Assembly: GCA_035637535.1 (NCBI GenBank)
Contig: DASPWZ010000005.1
Span: 6,111-70,110, forward strand
Source: Candidatus Dormiibacterota bacterium
GTDB lineage: Archaea > Thermoproteota > Bathyarchaeia > 40CM-2-53-6
DNA length: 64,000 bases
Direction of reading: 5' to 3'
Shown here: positions 40,545 through 50,365 of the stretch, piece after piece
Numbering within the stretch: the first letter of the stretch is position 1
Layout: every line of letters starts with the position of its first letter
The notes under the pieces: generated by a model
Seen by the model: only the letters and a program-made list of their open reading frames with translations
The model's database searches: none
What the model was told of the DNA's origin: nothing
Position numbers and translations under genes: made by a program

Positions 40545-41105
40545 ATGCTTCCTACACTCGATGAGATCCCGAAGAAACGTAAAGCACTAGGCCTTACCCA
40601 GACCAAACTCGCGCAGCTAGCAGGAGTCAGCCAATCCATAATCGCAAAGATCGAATCTGGAACAGTCGACCCGTCATACTCGATAGCGAAACGATTGGTC
40701 GAAGCTCTCGAGAAAGAGAGCATCCAGACCTCGCGACCCAGAGTCAGCGAGATCATGAGCAGACCCGTCATCTCCGTCTCCAAAACCCAACTAGTCCGAG
40801 AAGCTGTGGATCTGATGAGGAAGCGAGGCTACTCGCAACTCCCAGTATTCGATGGAAGCAGGTGCGTCGGAAGCATCTCAGAAAAGACCATCCTAGACCG
40901 TGCCGCCCGTGGAGAACCGCTCGAATCCCTACTCAACAACAGAGTCCGGGACATTATGGACTCGCCGCTCCCAATGGTCAACGACGATACGCCATTGGAA
41001 ATGGTTCTAGGTCTCTTGCAAGGAAACTACGGTGTCCTCGTAACCAAGGGAGAGAGCACCATCGGGATACTCACGAAGTCTGACATTTTGAAAGTCAAGC
41101 AATAG
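40545..41105 (+). CDS. XRE-HTH plus tandem CBS transcriptional regulator (COG3620-like)
   Basis: RKALGLTQTKLAQLAGVSQSIIAKIESGTVDPSYS, then two CBS repeats (YSQLPV, GILTKSD). Confidence 0.93.
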   Translation: MLPTLDEIPKKRKALGLTQTKLAQLAGVSQSIIAKIESGTVDPSYSIAKRLVEALEKESIQTSRPRVSEIMSRPVISVSKTQLVREAVDLMRKRGYSQLPVFDGSRCVGSISEKTILDRAARGEPLESLLNNRVRDIMDSPLPMVNDDTPLEMVLGLLQGNYGVLVTKGESTIGILTKSDILKVKQ

Positions 41106-41294
41106 CACCCTACTGCCTCGTCTCGGGTCGCGGAGCCACCTTGACGGACTCATGATGGGGAATTGTTTCCGCTGAAGGTTCATGGTAGTAACAGCATCCA
41201 TATCCAAGATTGCGCTCTGCTTCCTCTCATCTCAAGATTACCAGTCAGGACGCTTGTAGGTGGATAGGTCGCAAATAGGAAACGGATTGATCAC

Positions 41295-42698
41295 ATGCTA
41301 ACCATATTCGGCAAGAAAAAGAAGGACGATTCCAGTGTTCAGATAGACACCGGGACAGATGCCAGTCAAGCATCCTCCCAGACACTATCACCGATGCCAC
41401 CCGAATCGACGCAAACACAGACTCCTGTTCCAACAACCATTCAGAATCAACCTGCGACCTGGCCTACCCAGACTCCTGTAATGAGCCAGCCAATTCCACC
41501 GCCCCCAGCACCTCCGATGAGACAGATGAGCCCGGGACAGACGCCGAAACAGCTGCCACTCGACGCGTCATTCCCTTCGGAAGAAACCTCTCTATCGAGA
41601 ATCCTACAGTCGCTACTCCAAGACATTCCGACAGCTACCGGGTCCACCTTCAGTTCAATGCGGGAGAGCACTCCCGAATACGTCCCGCTACGCTCCACTC
41701 CCCCAAGTAGAGCCATGGTAATTGGTCAGAAAGATGATGAGGGAGGATGGGAGGAACAAGGCAAACCCTCGACGAGCAAGCAACCACAGAGCATTCCGAG
41801 CGCACCAATTATCAAACCAGCTAACACGCCAGGGACCCAAGTTCCAACAGGAAAGGCAACGACTACTCCACCTATGCCAATTCCTCAGGTTGTACCTCCA
41901 CCAGTTCAACAAAAGCAAAACCAGCCTACTGAGAAGCCCCAGGATAAACCTACCAAAGCGGATAAGGCTTCAAAGGAAGCTCCGTCTCAAAAGGCGAAAA
42001 AGCCTCCGCAGAGTTTCGATCACATTTTCGAGTTGACTCAGGGAAACTTGGAGAGCCCGGGTTTTGTGATTATCAACGGCCCGCCAGGAGCTGGCAAGAC
42101 AACTCTCTGCTCAGGCCTCACAGGCAACTATCTGAAGAGGGGTGATCCGTGTCTTTACGTGACCTATGACCAGGCTCCCACCACGCTCCGAGAACAGATG
42201 AAGAAGCTCGGATCGGATCCGTTACAATACGAATCTCAATACCGGTTCGTCGTTGTCGATGGTTACGCGTCCCAGTCTGATTCATTCAGTATGGAAGCGG
42301 CCTACCTGGATCAGCCTTTCAACTTCGAAAACATACAGGATACGCTGGTCCGGAACAGTCAGGTATTCATGGGCGAGAAGATCAGAGTCATCTTCGACTC
42401 CATCGACAAACTTGCGACGAAGGTCCCGCAGAAAGACTTCGTCAAGAGCTTCACGGAGCTTGCGGGGAAACTCAAAGACTCGGGCGCGACGCTCATCGTT
42501 ACGGTTGACTTGTCAGCGCTTCCGAAGGACTTGGCTGGCTCCTTGACAGACATGGCAGACTGCGTCGCTGACTTGTCCAAGGATAATTCGGATCCAAATG
42601 AGCGAGAGCTGAAGATTCAGAGACTCAACCAAAAATCCGCCAAGATTGATGCAGAGACATTTGAAATCGATGCCGGCAAAGGATTAGTCTTCGGCTAG
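41295..42698 (+). CDS. KaiC-like ATPase with long Pro/Gln/Thr-rich disordered N-terminus
   Basis: GPPGAGKTT, YVTYDQ, VIFDSID; ~240 aa low-complexity N-terminal region. Confidence 0.85.
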   Translation: MLTIFGKKKKDDSSVQIDTGTDASQASSQTLSPMPPESTQTQTPVPTTIQNQPATWPTQTPVMSQPIPPPPAPPMRQMSPGQTPKQLPLDASFPSEETSLSRILQSLLQDIPTATGSTFSSMRESTPEYVPLRSTPPSRAMVIGQKDDEGGWEEQGKPSTSKQPQSIPSAPIIKPANTPGTQVPTGKATTTPPMPIPQVVPPPVQQKQNQPTEKPQDKPTKADKASKEAPSQKAKKPPQSFDHIFELTQGNLESPGFVIINGPPGAGKTTLCSGLTGNYLKRGDPCLYVTYDQAPTTLREQMKKLGSDPLQYESQYRFVVVDGYASQSDSFSMEAAYLDQPFNFENIQDTLVRNSQVFMGEKIRVIFDSIDKLATKVPQKDFVKSFTELAGKLKDSGATLIVTVDLSALPKDLAGSLTDMADCVADLSKDNSDPNERELKIQRLNQKSAKIDAETFEIDAGKGLVFG

Positions 42699-42765
42699 GA
42701 TCGTATGTTCTAAACCAGTAGGCGAATCTACTCACTGCCCCGAGGCCGGATTTCTTGTGGAGCAG

Positions 42766-43803
42766 TTAGAGGAACTTGTTGCCGATCCCCATGGCTTCGT
42801 TTGTCTTTGCGATAGACTTGCGTCCCTCGCTCTCTAATCCGGTAAGTGCTCTAACAGCATCTACGTTCTCCGGGACAACAACGCTCTCGTTATGGACTTG
42901 ATACACCATGTTCGCCTCGCCGTCTGTCACGTCAAGGATGTCCTCCCAAAAGGCTACTTCCCACATATCAGCTCTCACCCGTCCCAAGTCCCGCATCATC
43001 TCGGCCACCGCGTTCATGCTATCGACTCCATCCGAGGTCCGGACTGGTGCTAGCCTCGGCGCGCCCTTCAACACTTGGAGCACATCCTTCTTCTCTGGTT
43101 CTCCTTTCAATTGGACCATTGCAAAGTGCAAGTGACCTAGGTTGAACGGTCCCCTAGCCGCCATTGTCGTAATGTTTAGTTTTGGAATGATCGTCTGTGC
43201 GTCTGGACCCTGGTGTGAAGGAATGTGGGCTTCGGGGACGACAGTATTGATGAGACCCGTCTTGTGGCTCTCCCAGGGGTCAGTGCCTCTCCTGAACAAT
43301 ACAACCCGGGCCTTCTTGACGCCGATCGTGTTATGAAGCGTCCCAACTGTTCTGCAGATCCCAGTCGTGTTGCAGCTTACCACGCGTGTAGCGCCTCGGT
43401 TGAGATTTTCCTCGTAATTGCACTGGGCGACAAATGATGATCCTGTCAGCTCATGTTTTTCTCCGCCTTGAAAGATCGATTTGATCCCAGCCTTGTCGTA
43501 CAAGGCCTTGTTCTTCGCCCCCAGCCCCGCCGGCGTACAATCTACAATGATGTCGATCTTTCTCAACAACTCCTCAAGCGTCCCAGTAACCTCCACTCCC
43601 GCCCTTTTCATGTCTGGCAGTTTTTCCGGGATTGACGCATAGATCTGGTAACCCTTCATCTGACCAAGCTTGACCCGATAGTCTCCAGCAACATCAGAGA
43701 CACCGACAAGTTTCATGTCGTTCTGTTTCGAGACAGCGTCAGCGACTCGTTTTCCGATAACCCCGAATCCGTTTACTCCTACCCTGACCGCGGTCTTGGG
43801 CAT
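42766..43803 (-). CDS. gap: Glyceraldehyde-3-phosphate dehydrogenase, archaeal type II
   Basis: NGFGVIGKRVADAV, FQGGEKH, VVSCNTT, VVPENVDA. Confidence 0.96.
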   Translation of the reverse strand: MPKTAVRVGVNGFGVIGKRVADAVSKQNDMKLVGVSDVAGDYRVKLGQMKGYQIYASIPEKLPDMKRAGVEVTGTLEELLRKIDIIVDCTPAGLGAKNKALYDKAGIKSIFQGGEKHELTGSSFVAQCNYEENLNRGATRVVSCNTTGICRTVGTLHNTIGVKKARVVLFRRGTDPWESHKTGLINTVVPEAHIPSHQGPDAQTIIPKLNITTMAARGPFNLGHLHFAMVQLKGEPEKKDVLQVLKGAPRLAPVRTSDGVDSMNAVAEMMRDLGRVRADMWEVAFWEDILDVTDGEANMVYQVHNESVVVPENVDAVRALTGLESEGRKSIAKTNEAMGIGNKFL

Positions 43804-43979
43804 TTTGATGATTCTCTCGAAAAGAGATTGATGCGGCTCTCTTTTAGCCCTAACGGGCAGAAAAGTGGGTCCAGAGACGGGCTTTAATACTAGCCCGCCT
43901 GTTTGAGAGGGTAAGCTTACAGCTTAACAGTATAGTGAGGAATTAAGGAAGGTCAGTGAATTATGGAGGTTAAATTTTC

Positions 43980-45260
43980 ATGGTTGAACCGTCGCAGTAC
44001 GCTTCGACAACAAAATATATCGTAAAAGCAAAATTCGATGTCCAGGGCGTCGTAGAGAAGCCTGACGTAGTCGGTGCCGTTTTCGGCCAAACAGAAGGCC
44101 TCTTCGGCCCAGACCTGGACTTACGAGAACTACAAAAATCCGGACGCATAGGCCGGATCGAAATCAATCTAGATTCAAAGCATGACAAGACTGCCGGTTC
44201 AATAGTAATCCCATCAAGCCTCGACAAAGTATCAACGGCCATAATAGCGGCTGCGATCGAGAGCGTCGACCGCATCGGACCCTGCGAAGCAAAGATCAGC
44301 CTTGAGAAGGTAGAGGATGTCCGAGAGGAAAAACGCAAAGCAATCCTAACCAAAGCTAAGGATATTCTCCGGAAATGGGTCGTAGAATCCTCACCTAGCA
44401 CCGAAGAGGTCGTGAAGGAGGTTGCCGGGTCCCTCCGCGGAGTCGATGTCATAGAATACGGACCCGAAAAACTGCCTGCGGGACCCGAGGCTGAGAGAGG
44501 AGACATCATAGTTGTAGAAGGCAGGGCGGACGTCATTCTTCTGATGAAGGTCGGCATCAAGAACGTAATCGCACTCAACGGCACAAAGGTCCCAGAGACG
44601 GTCATCAAGCTCACCAAGGACCGAGAAGTCACAGCATTCCTCGACGGGGACAGAGCGGGCGATCTGATCCTGAAGGAACTCACGCAGGTTGCTGAGATCG
44701 ACTATGTGGCTCGTGCTCCTTTCGGCAAAGAAGTGGAAGAACTCACGCCCAAAGAGGTCATGAGAGCCTTACGGGAACGAGTGCCTCTAAACATGGCAAA
44801 GCCAATTGAGAGACCACAATTTGCGCCCCGACCCGAAAGAACGGAACGTCCTTACCAAGAGAAATCCTACACCGAGCGAGCCTATGGTCCAAGAGAACAG
44901 GGCTACGGTCCGCCTGAGATTACCGTTCGTGCATCTGCTCCTGCCGAGAAACCGAACCTACCTCCGCCGGTCTTCGACGCCGCGAAGGATTTACGCGGAA
45001 CCTTGGAGGCTGTAGTGTTCGACGAGGCGGGTAAGGAGTTGTCTAAGATGCCTGTGAGCGAGCTTGCGGAGAAGATACCGAGCCTTGAAAACTCTCACCT
45101 TGTTCTTTTCGACGGCGTGGTCACGCAGAGACTTCTGGATATCGCCGCGGGAAAGGGCATAAAATACGTGATTGGAGATCGCGTGTCGGACGGGGCGAAA
45201 AAGCCAGCCAACGTTAGCGTGCTGACGCTCAGCGACTTATCCTCGTTTGGTCCCAACTGA
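43980..45260 (+). CDS. dnaG: Archaeal DnaG (TOPRIM; exosome-associated)
   Basis: DVVGAVFGQTEGL..LDLRELQKSGRIGRI, VVEGRADV, FLDGDRAG, EVEEL. Confidence 0.96.
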   Translation: MVEPSQYASTTKYIVKAKFDVQGVVEKPDVVGAVFGQTEGLFGPDLDLRELQKSGRIGRIEINLDSKHDKTAGSIVIPSSLDKVSTAIIAAAIESVDRIGPCEAKISLEKVEDVREEKRKAILTKAKDILRKWVVESSPSTEEVVKEVAGSLRGVDVIEYGPEKLPAGPEAERGDIIVVEGRADVILLMKVGIKNVIALNGTKVPETVIKLTKDREVTAFLDGDRAGDLILKELTQVAEIDYVARAPFGKEVEELTPKEVMRALRERVPLNMAKPIERPQFAPRPERTERPYQEKSYTERAYGPREQGYGPPEITVRASAPAEKPNLPPPVFDAAKDLRGTLEAVVFDEAGKELSKMPVSELAEKIPSLENSHLVLFDGVVTQRLLDIAAGKGIKYVIGDRVSDGAKKPANVSVLTLSDLSSFGPN

Positions 45261-47606
45261 TAGGCTAGTTTGCGAAGCCGGAGCCGCTAGCAACTGCTCC
45301 TCTGACGTACCGAGAATTTCTAGGATACGTGCCGCAGCAGGCAGAATCTGATTCCGGACATAGTAATCATAGTCCACCTCTTCGATCGTGACTTTGTAAT
45401 GTGGCTCCGCTTTCTGAAACAGTTTTCCAGGTCTCTTGGTTATGATGAAGCCTACTTTGTCGCCAGCTGTGACTGGCCAGCCGTCCTTGGCCATTTTCTT
45501 CGCCGCTTCCACATGGGGCGCGTTCACTTCGTATCCTTCCACGGGCTTCGTCAGTGTTTTCCATATGATGAATGAGGACAAGGGTAGTTTTTTTGATTTG
45601 AGATTCCGTGTCAAATCTTGCACATAGCTGGTCGCTCGCTTTGCGCTAGCATCGTCCAAGACCATTCTCAGTACCGCATTCTGTACGTCTCGGGCCAGGT
45701 TGGACCAGTCACCTCTCACAGCCTCGAGGCCAACGACGTCGATCTGTCCGTCTGTTTTTAGGCCCGCGTATTTTTTCTTGGCTTCTGTGAAGAGTATTCT
45801 CTTGTAGATTTCTGATAGGTTGATTTCGAGCCCAAGCTGTCTATCGATCTCAGCCTGGAACTTCTGGACAAGTTTCTCTTCGTAGTTCACGAAGAGACTG
45901 TCTGTATCACCATAGAAGACGCTGAGTCCGAGGCTCTTCGCGAGCGCTATCGCGCGGTTGATCGTCTCTCTTCCCAAGGCAGCGGCTGATTCCGCAACTT
46001 CCTTCGAATACCAACGTGCGCCAGCCCAGCCCGCGTAGCCGTAGACCGCATTTGTCATGACTTTGACGGCCTTCTCACGGGCTTTTAGCAGAGGATACCT
46101 CAAATCGCTAGGGGCTGTGCGCTTGAGCTCAGCTTTCGTCGTCTTGCGCGCTTCGATGAGTTTGGTGAGAACTATTCTGTAGAACCCGGAGGGGTTCTTT
46201 CTAAATCGGTGTTCTACTTCAGGGACTTCGAAGACGTCCTCCTTCTCTTTCCCGATGACGAGTGTGTCGGGAGAAATGTTGTATTTGATCATCAAGCTGG
46301 GATACATAGATGAAAAGTCGAGACTGGCCACGTTATCGTGTAGCCCCACCTTCGGCTCGAGGACTATCGCTCCCTTGTATGGAATGATGGGCTGTTCGGT
46401 TCTGGGGGGGATTAGCTGGCCAAGATTATGGGTCTCCATCATTAGGTAGTTGTCGACGCGGAATCCTACGGCTGCGGCTATCGCTTGGTCAGGAGGCAAT
46501 CCCGAGAGAGCGGATATCTGGATGACATAGTCGATCGCTTCCTCTCCGATCTTTAGGATGGTTTCGGTTTGCTCTTCCACATGTTTTACTAGGATCTTTC
46601 TCTGGTCTGGTTTTGACCAATAGTCAAAGTAGGATGTCTCATCGATAGTCTTCGGATCATATAATTTGATTCCAAGATATCTTGCGACGTTTTCGACGGT
46701 CTTGTTCTTCACCTCGTACAGGTCCTCGGCGAAATTGAGAAGGTCAACGTTCGCTCGTCCAATTAGCGAGTAGTGGCCGTAGAGGCTCTGATGCGGCGGG
46801 CCTCCATCTCTGCCGACTCTGAGCGGGGTCTTAGTCTGTTTAGCTCTCTTCACAAGATAGGGCCAGTGGACGCTGTTTCCCTCAAAGCTCAGAACAAAGT
46901 CCGGATTGATCTTTGTGACATCTTCGCCGAACCTCTGAATGGTACTCTCGTCGGAGTGGGTTTGCGTCAGAACAACTTCGTTTGCATCCTTGTTTGTTCT
47001 CCAACTGACAACCTGGACCGGGTCTCTTATGGCGCTGGGTGCGCCTATTTTGCTAACTGATAGGAGTGAGAAGGAGAAGAGATCTACGCTAGGGGGTTCC
47101 TCCCTGGGGATCGCGTGGGGATGGTCTTTTGCTGTTAGGGTTTCTTGGACGCTGAACTTCTTTGGGTCAATCGTTGAAGCAGTGGTATCCGCCTCGTACC
47201 ACTGGCATGGCTTGATTCCATAGTCGTACTGGTACTTGATCGCTAGTCGGAGTTTCTCTTCGTAGGTTGCTTCAGCACCCGTTTTTTTCAGCGTTTCTCG
47301 TGCAGCCTTCTCCAGGAAGTCTGGGTCCTTACAGAACACCTTGAGGACGACTCGTTCGTCTGCCAGCAGTTTCTTCTTCTCGATCGTAGTATTTTCGATA
47401 GTGGGATGAGGTTTTTCTGCTTCCAGCTTTTTCCTCAGTTCTTCCGGGTCCTGATCCTTTCTCGGTAGGAGGTAGAAGTACGCTCGGTAGTTGTCGTCGA
47501 TGATGAGGACCCTTTTTCCTTCGTGGGTGATGCCCCAGAGCCAGATCGACGATCTTCCCTCGTAGTTCTCATGGTTGAGGTCAAGCAGCCAGAAGGTTCG
47601 TTGCAT
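45237..47606 (-). CDS. polB: Family B DNA polymerase (PolB3-like)
   Basis: DFSSMYPS, K...NAVYGY, YGDTDS, KKKYAG intact; exonuclease motifs degenerate. Confidence 0.93.
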   Translation of the reverse strand: MQRTFWLLDLNHENYEGRSSIWLWGITHEGKRVLIIDDNYRAYFYLLPRKDQDPEELRKKLEAEKPHPTIENTTIEKKKLLADERVVLKVFCKDPDFLEKAARETLKKTGAEATYEEKLRLAIKYQYDYGIKPCQWYEADTTASTIDPKKFSVQETLTAKDHPHAIPREEPPSVDLFSFSLLSVSKIGAPSAIRDPVQVVSWRTNKDANEVVLTQTHSDESTIQRFGEDVTKINPDFVLSFEGNSVHWPYLVKRAKQTKTPLRVGRDGGPPHQSLYGHYSLIGRANVDLLNFAEDLYEVKNKTVENVARYLGIKLYDPKTIDETSYFDYWSKPDQRKILVKHVEEQTETILKIGEEAIDYVIQISALSGLPPDQAIAAAVGFRVDNYLMMETHNLGQLIPPRTEQPIIPYKGAIVLEPKVGLHDNVASLDFSSMYPSLMIKYNISPDTLVIGKEKEDVFEVPEVEHRFRKNPSGFYRIVLTKLIEARKTTKAELKRTAPSDLRYPLLKAREKAVKVMTNAVYGYAGWAGARWYSKEVAESAAALGRETINRAIALAKSLGLSVFYGDTDSLFVNYEEKLVQKFQAEIDRQLGLEINLSEIYKRILFTEAKKKYAGLKTDGQIDVVGLEAVRGDWSNLARDVQNAVLRMVLDDASAKRATSYVQDLTRNLKSKKLPLSSFIIWKTLTKPVEGYEVNAPHVEAAKKMAKDGWPVTAGDKVGFIITKRPGKLFQKAEPHYKVTIEEVDYDYYVRNQILPAAARILEILGTSEEQLLAAPASQTSLSVGTKRG

Positions 47607-47682
47607 AGTCCTGCTGACCGTTTTCTGTCTAAGGGTTTAAATTCGCGGGCCGGGCGCGGGGTCTTCTCGGGTAGTCGAGATA

Positions 47683-48090
47683 ATGGCGGAGAAGGCTAAG
47701 CAACCGGCAGACCACTGGGGAATCGCCCACATCTACTCAAGCTTCAACAACACCATGGTTCACATTACCGATTTGACAGGTGCAGAGACGATCTCGCGCA
47801 GCGCAGGTGGTCAGCATGTGAAGGCTGATCGATTGCAAGGGACCCCATACGCGGCAATGCAAGCAGCAGCGGCCGCAGCAAAGGTTGCGAAAGACAAAGG
47901 GATAACCTCTCTCCATATTCGTGTTCGAGCGCCTGGCGGTCACGGAGCTCGGACCCCTGGTCCCGGCGCCCAGGCAGCGATCAGAATGTTGGCTCGTCAT
48001 GGGTTCCGGATTGGCAGGATTGAGGATGTCACTCCTGTTCCACACGACGGGACACGTCGACCTGGCGGACGACGCGGTCGCCGCGTCTAG
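47683..48090 (+). CDS. rps11: 30S ribosomal protein uS11
   Basis: [46 protein letters not shown]. Confidence 0.98.
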   Translation: MAEKAKQPADHWGIAHIYSSFNNTMVHITDLTGAETISRSAGGQHVKADRLQGTPYAAMQAAAAAAKVAKDKGITSLHIRVRAPGGHGARTPGPGAQAAIRMLARHGFRIGRIEDVTPVPHDGTRRPGGRRGRRV

Positions 48091-48112
48091 ACTTCCCGGG
48101 AGTTTTTCCTCA

Positions 48113-49291
48113 ACGTCCTACGCCTCTCAGATCCGGAAGATAGTAGGCAAGCATCAGAAGTGGCGGGCTGAAGAATGCCTGAACATGATTGCCTCTGAGA
48201 ACGTGACGAGTCATACTGTTAGACAGCTTCTCTCGGGCGATATGGGCCACCGGTATCGGGCTGATGATCGGTTCTACAAAGGGACCAAGTTCATGGACGA
48301 ACTGGAATCTTTTGGAGAGAAGATAGCGTGCGAGGTTTTCGGGGCCGACTGGGCGACGCTCCGGCCACTCTCTGGACACTTGGCTGATATGATCATGGTC
48401 TCAACCCTCGCCAAACCAGGCGGTTCTATTCTCACCGTTAGTCCTGCGGATGGAGGTTATCCGGGTCTAAGCGATCAAGCTGGGTATCCAACATTCGTGA
48501 ATGTTCGGAATTTGTATTTTCCTTTCGATTCGGAACGGATGAACATTGATGCAGAGAAGGCTCGCGGGTTGATAGAAGATGAAAAGCCCTCACTCGTCGT
48601 CTTCGGTCAATCCTTCTTCCTATTCCCACATCCAGTCAAGGAGCTAGCAGAAGCCTGCAACAAGGCAGGATCTCGGGTAGTCTACGATGGCTCGCACGTG
48701 CTTGGATTGATTGCGGGGGGCGAGTTCCAGAGGCCGCTTCAGGAAGGCGTGGAACTCTTACTGGGATCTACTCACAAAAGCCTGTTCGGTCCACAGGGAG
48801 GAATAATTGTTGGAAAGAAGGAGGTTGAAGCGGAAGTGAAAGGCCGACAGTTCCCTGGTCTGGTAGACAATGCTCACTGGAATCGAATTGCTGCATTGAC
48901 CTATGCGCTGGATGAGGCACGTAGAAACGGTGGAAAATATGCGGCACGCGTGATTGAAAATGCCAAGGCCTTGGCGAAGAGTTTGCACGAGAGAGGCGTG
49001 CCTGTAAAATGTGCAGAGTACGGGTTCACGGCGTCCCACCAGGTCTACCTGAACATGAAAGACGAGAAAGAAATCGACAGGCTAACCCAGCGGCTGGAGG
49101 ATGCGAATATCATCGTGGATCGCGGGATACGGATAGGCACCTGCGAAGCCACGAGGCGCGGAATGAAACCCAAGGAGATGGATAGGGTAGCGGAACTCAT
49201 AAGCCAAGTTTACAAAGGCACAGACCCTGCAAGGATTCGACCGCAAGCCACGAGGCTGAGACGAGGATTCAGTTCAATCCTCTACGCTTAG
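48113..49291 (+). CDS. glyA: Serine hydroxymethyltransferase
   Basis: MIASEN, RPLSG, YDGSHVLGLI, STHKSLFGPQGG; start uncertain, ACG 48113 proposed because the track start overlaps rps11. Confidence 0.93.
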   Translation, partial: TSYASQIRKIVGKHQKWRAEECLNMIASENVTSHTVRQLLSGDMGHRYRADDRFYKGTKFMDELESFGEKIACEVFGADWATLRPLSGHLADMIMVSTLAKPGGSILTVSPADGGYPGLSDQAGYPTFVNVRNLYFPFDSERMNIDAEKARGLIEDEKPSLVVFGQSFFLFPHPVKELAEACNKAGSRVVYDGSHVLGLIAGGEFQRPLQEGVELLLGSTHKSLFGPQGGIIVGKKEVEAEVKGRQFPGLVDNAHWNRIAALTYALDEARRNGGKYAARVIENAKALAKSLHERGVPVKCAEYGFTASHQVYLNMKDEKEIDRLTQRLEDANIIVDRGIRIGTCEATRRGMKPKEMDRVAELISQVYKGTDPARIRPQATRLRRGFSSILYA

Positions 49292-49345
49292 ACGGAAAAA
49301 GTCTTGGAAACAGGTTATTATTCGGCCAGCCGTCTAATCCAGAGT

Positions 49346-49546
49346 ATGTCTCTACCTAAGCAGGGTGACACCGTGAAGGTGACCCTGTTGAATCGTGAGA
49401 CGATCGAAGGTGTCGTCGAATGGGTCGATGGCAATGGTCTCTGGGTGAAAGGAGCTGAAAGGTCGAGATGGGTCCCTCTGGAAGCTTTTAGCGCGCCGCA
49501 TGAGTCCCATCCTATTGATGCCAAGGAAGAGCAGTCCGCAGCCTAG
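49346..49546 (+). CDS. Small Sm/Hfq- or SH3-like beta-barrel protein
   Basis: 'GDTVKVTLLNRETIEGVVEWVDGNGLWV...RWVPLEAF'; ATG 49346 behind a TTATTA box. Confidence 0.65.
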   Translation: MSLPKQGDTVKVTLLNRETIEGVVEWVDGNGLWVKGAERSRWVPLEAFSAPHESHPIDAKEEQSAA

Positions 49547-49759
49547 CATCGAGAAGAGGCAGAATCTGAGAGCTGAACCAAAACCTTGACTCTCCCGTTC
49601 AGCCTCGCCTGGGCATTGTTCACCGTCTTCGAGAAAGTTGTGCTGAGACTGCCATGGCCGCTAAGACGATTTGTGATAATGCAGTTTCCTGATGAATTCG
49701 CAGCTCAACAAGTAGTTGTTCGGTCTAGGACTCTTCGATAGAAGACTCGCGTTTCCAGA

Positions 49760-50365
49760 CTAAGATTGCTCTGACGAATCTGACGCTTGCGCTCTCTGGC
49801 TTTGTACCTGGGTCGTTAAATCCAGAACGTTCTTCAGTTCCTTTTTCAAGATAAGAGGATCATGGTTGAGGTTGAAGTAGTCTGCGAAAGTTATCGTTGT
49901 CCGCAGAAGCCTTGAGCGTCCTATCTTGTCGTAACTGATTAGATCCATTTCCTTCAACTGTTTGACGTGGTGATATGCGAGTTTTCCTCTAACCCGTACT
50001 ACGTGTGACTGAGGAATCGGCTGTCTGAGAGCTATGAACGATAAGGTTCTCAATGGACCTGGGGTCAGGAGAGGTCTGTTTGAGAGCTTCCTCACGTGCT
50101 TGGCAAACTCTGGCCTGAGCTGCATCACAAACCTCCCGTCTGGTAATTCTAGGACTTGGACCGGGCTGTCTAGTTTGGCATAGCGTTCGGCTATGGCTCT
50201 TGCAATGGATCGAATCTTCTCTTCGGACCTTGCGCCGATTACTGATCCGATCGTCTTGAAGTCCAGCGGTCTTCCCGAAACGTAGAGTGCTGCCTCACAG
50301 AGCTGTTGTTGAAGCAACAAAGATGATGTCTTAGCTGCTGGTTCAGTCTGAGACTGGGTTTCCAT
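49760..50365 (-). CDS. scpB: SMC-Scp subunit ScpB
   Basis: EAALYVSGRPL, LRTLSFIALRQPI...VRG, TT..FADYF. Confidence 0.93.
   Translation of the reverse strand: METQSQTEPAAKTSSLLLQQQLCEAALYVSGRPLDFKTIGSVIGARSEEKIRSIARAIAERYAKLDSPVQVLELPDGRFVMQLRPEFAKHVRKLSNRPLLTPGPLRTLSFIALRQPIPQSHVVRVRGKLAYHHVKQLKEMDLISYDKIGRSRLLRTTITFADYFNLNHDPLILKKELKNVLDLTTQVQSQRAQASDSSEQS

Noticed and set aside
43970-44683. 237-aa antisense ORF
   Set aside because: Shadow of dnaG with no motifs; the same applies to most short ORFs nested in the called genes
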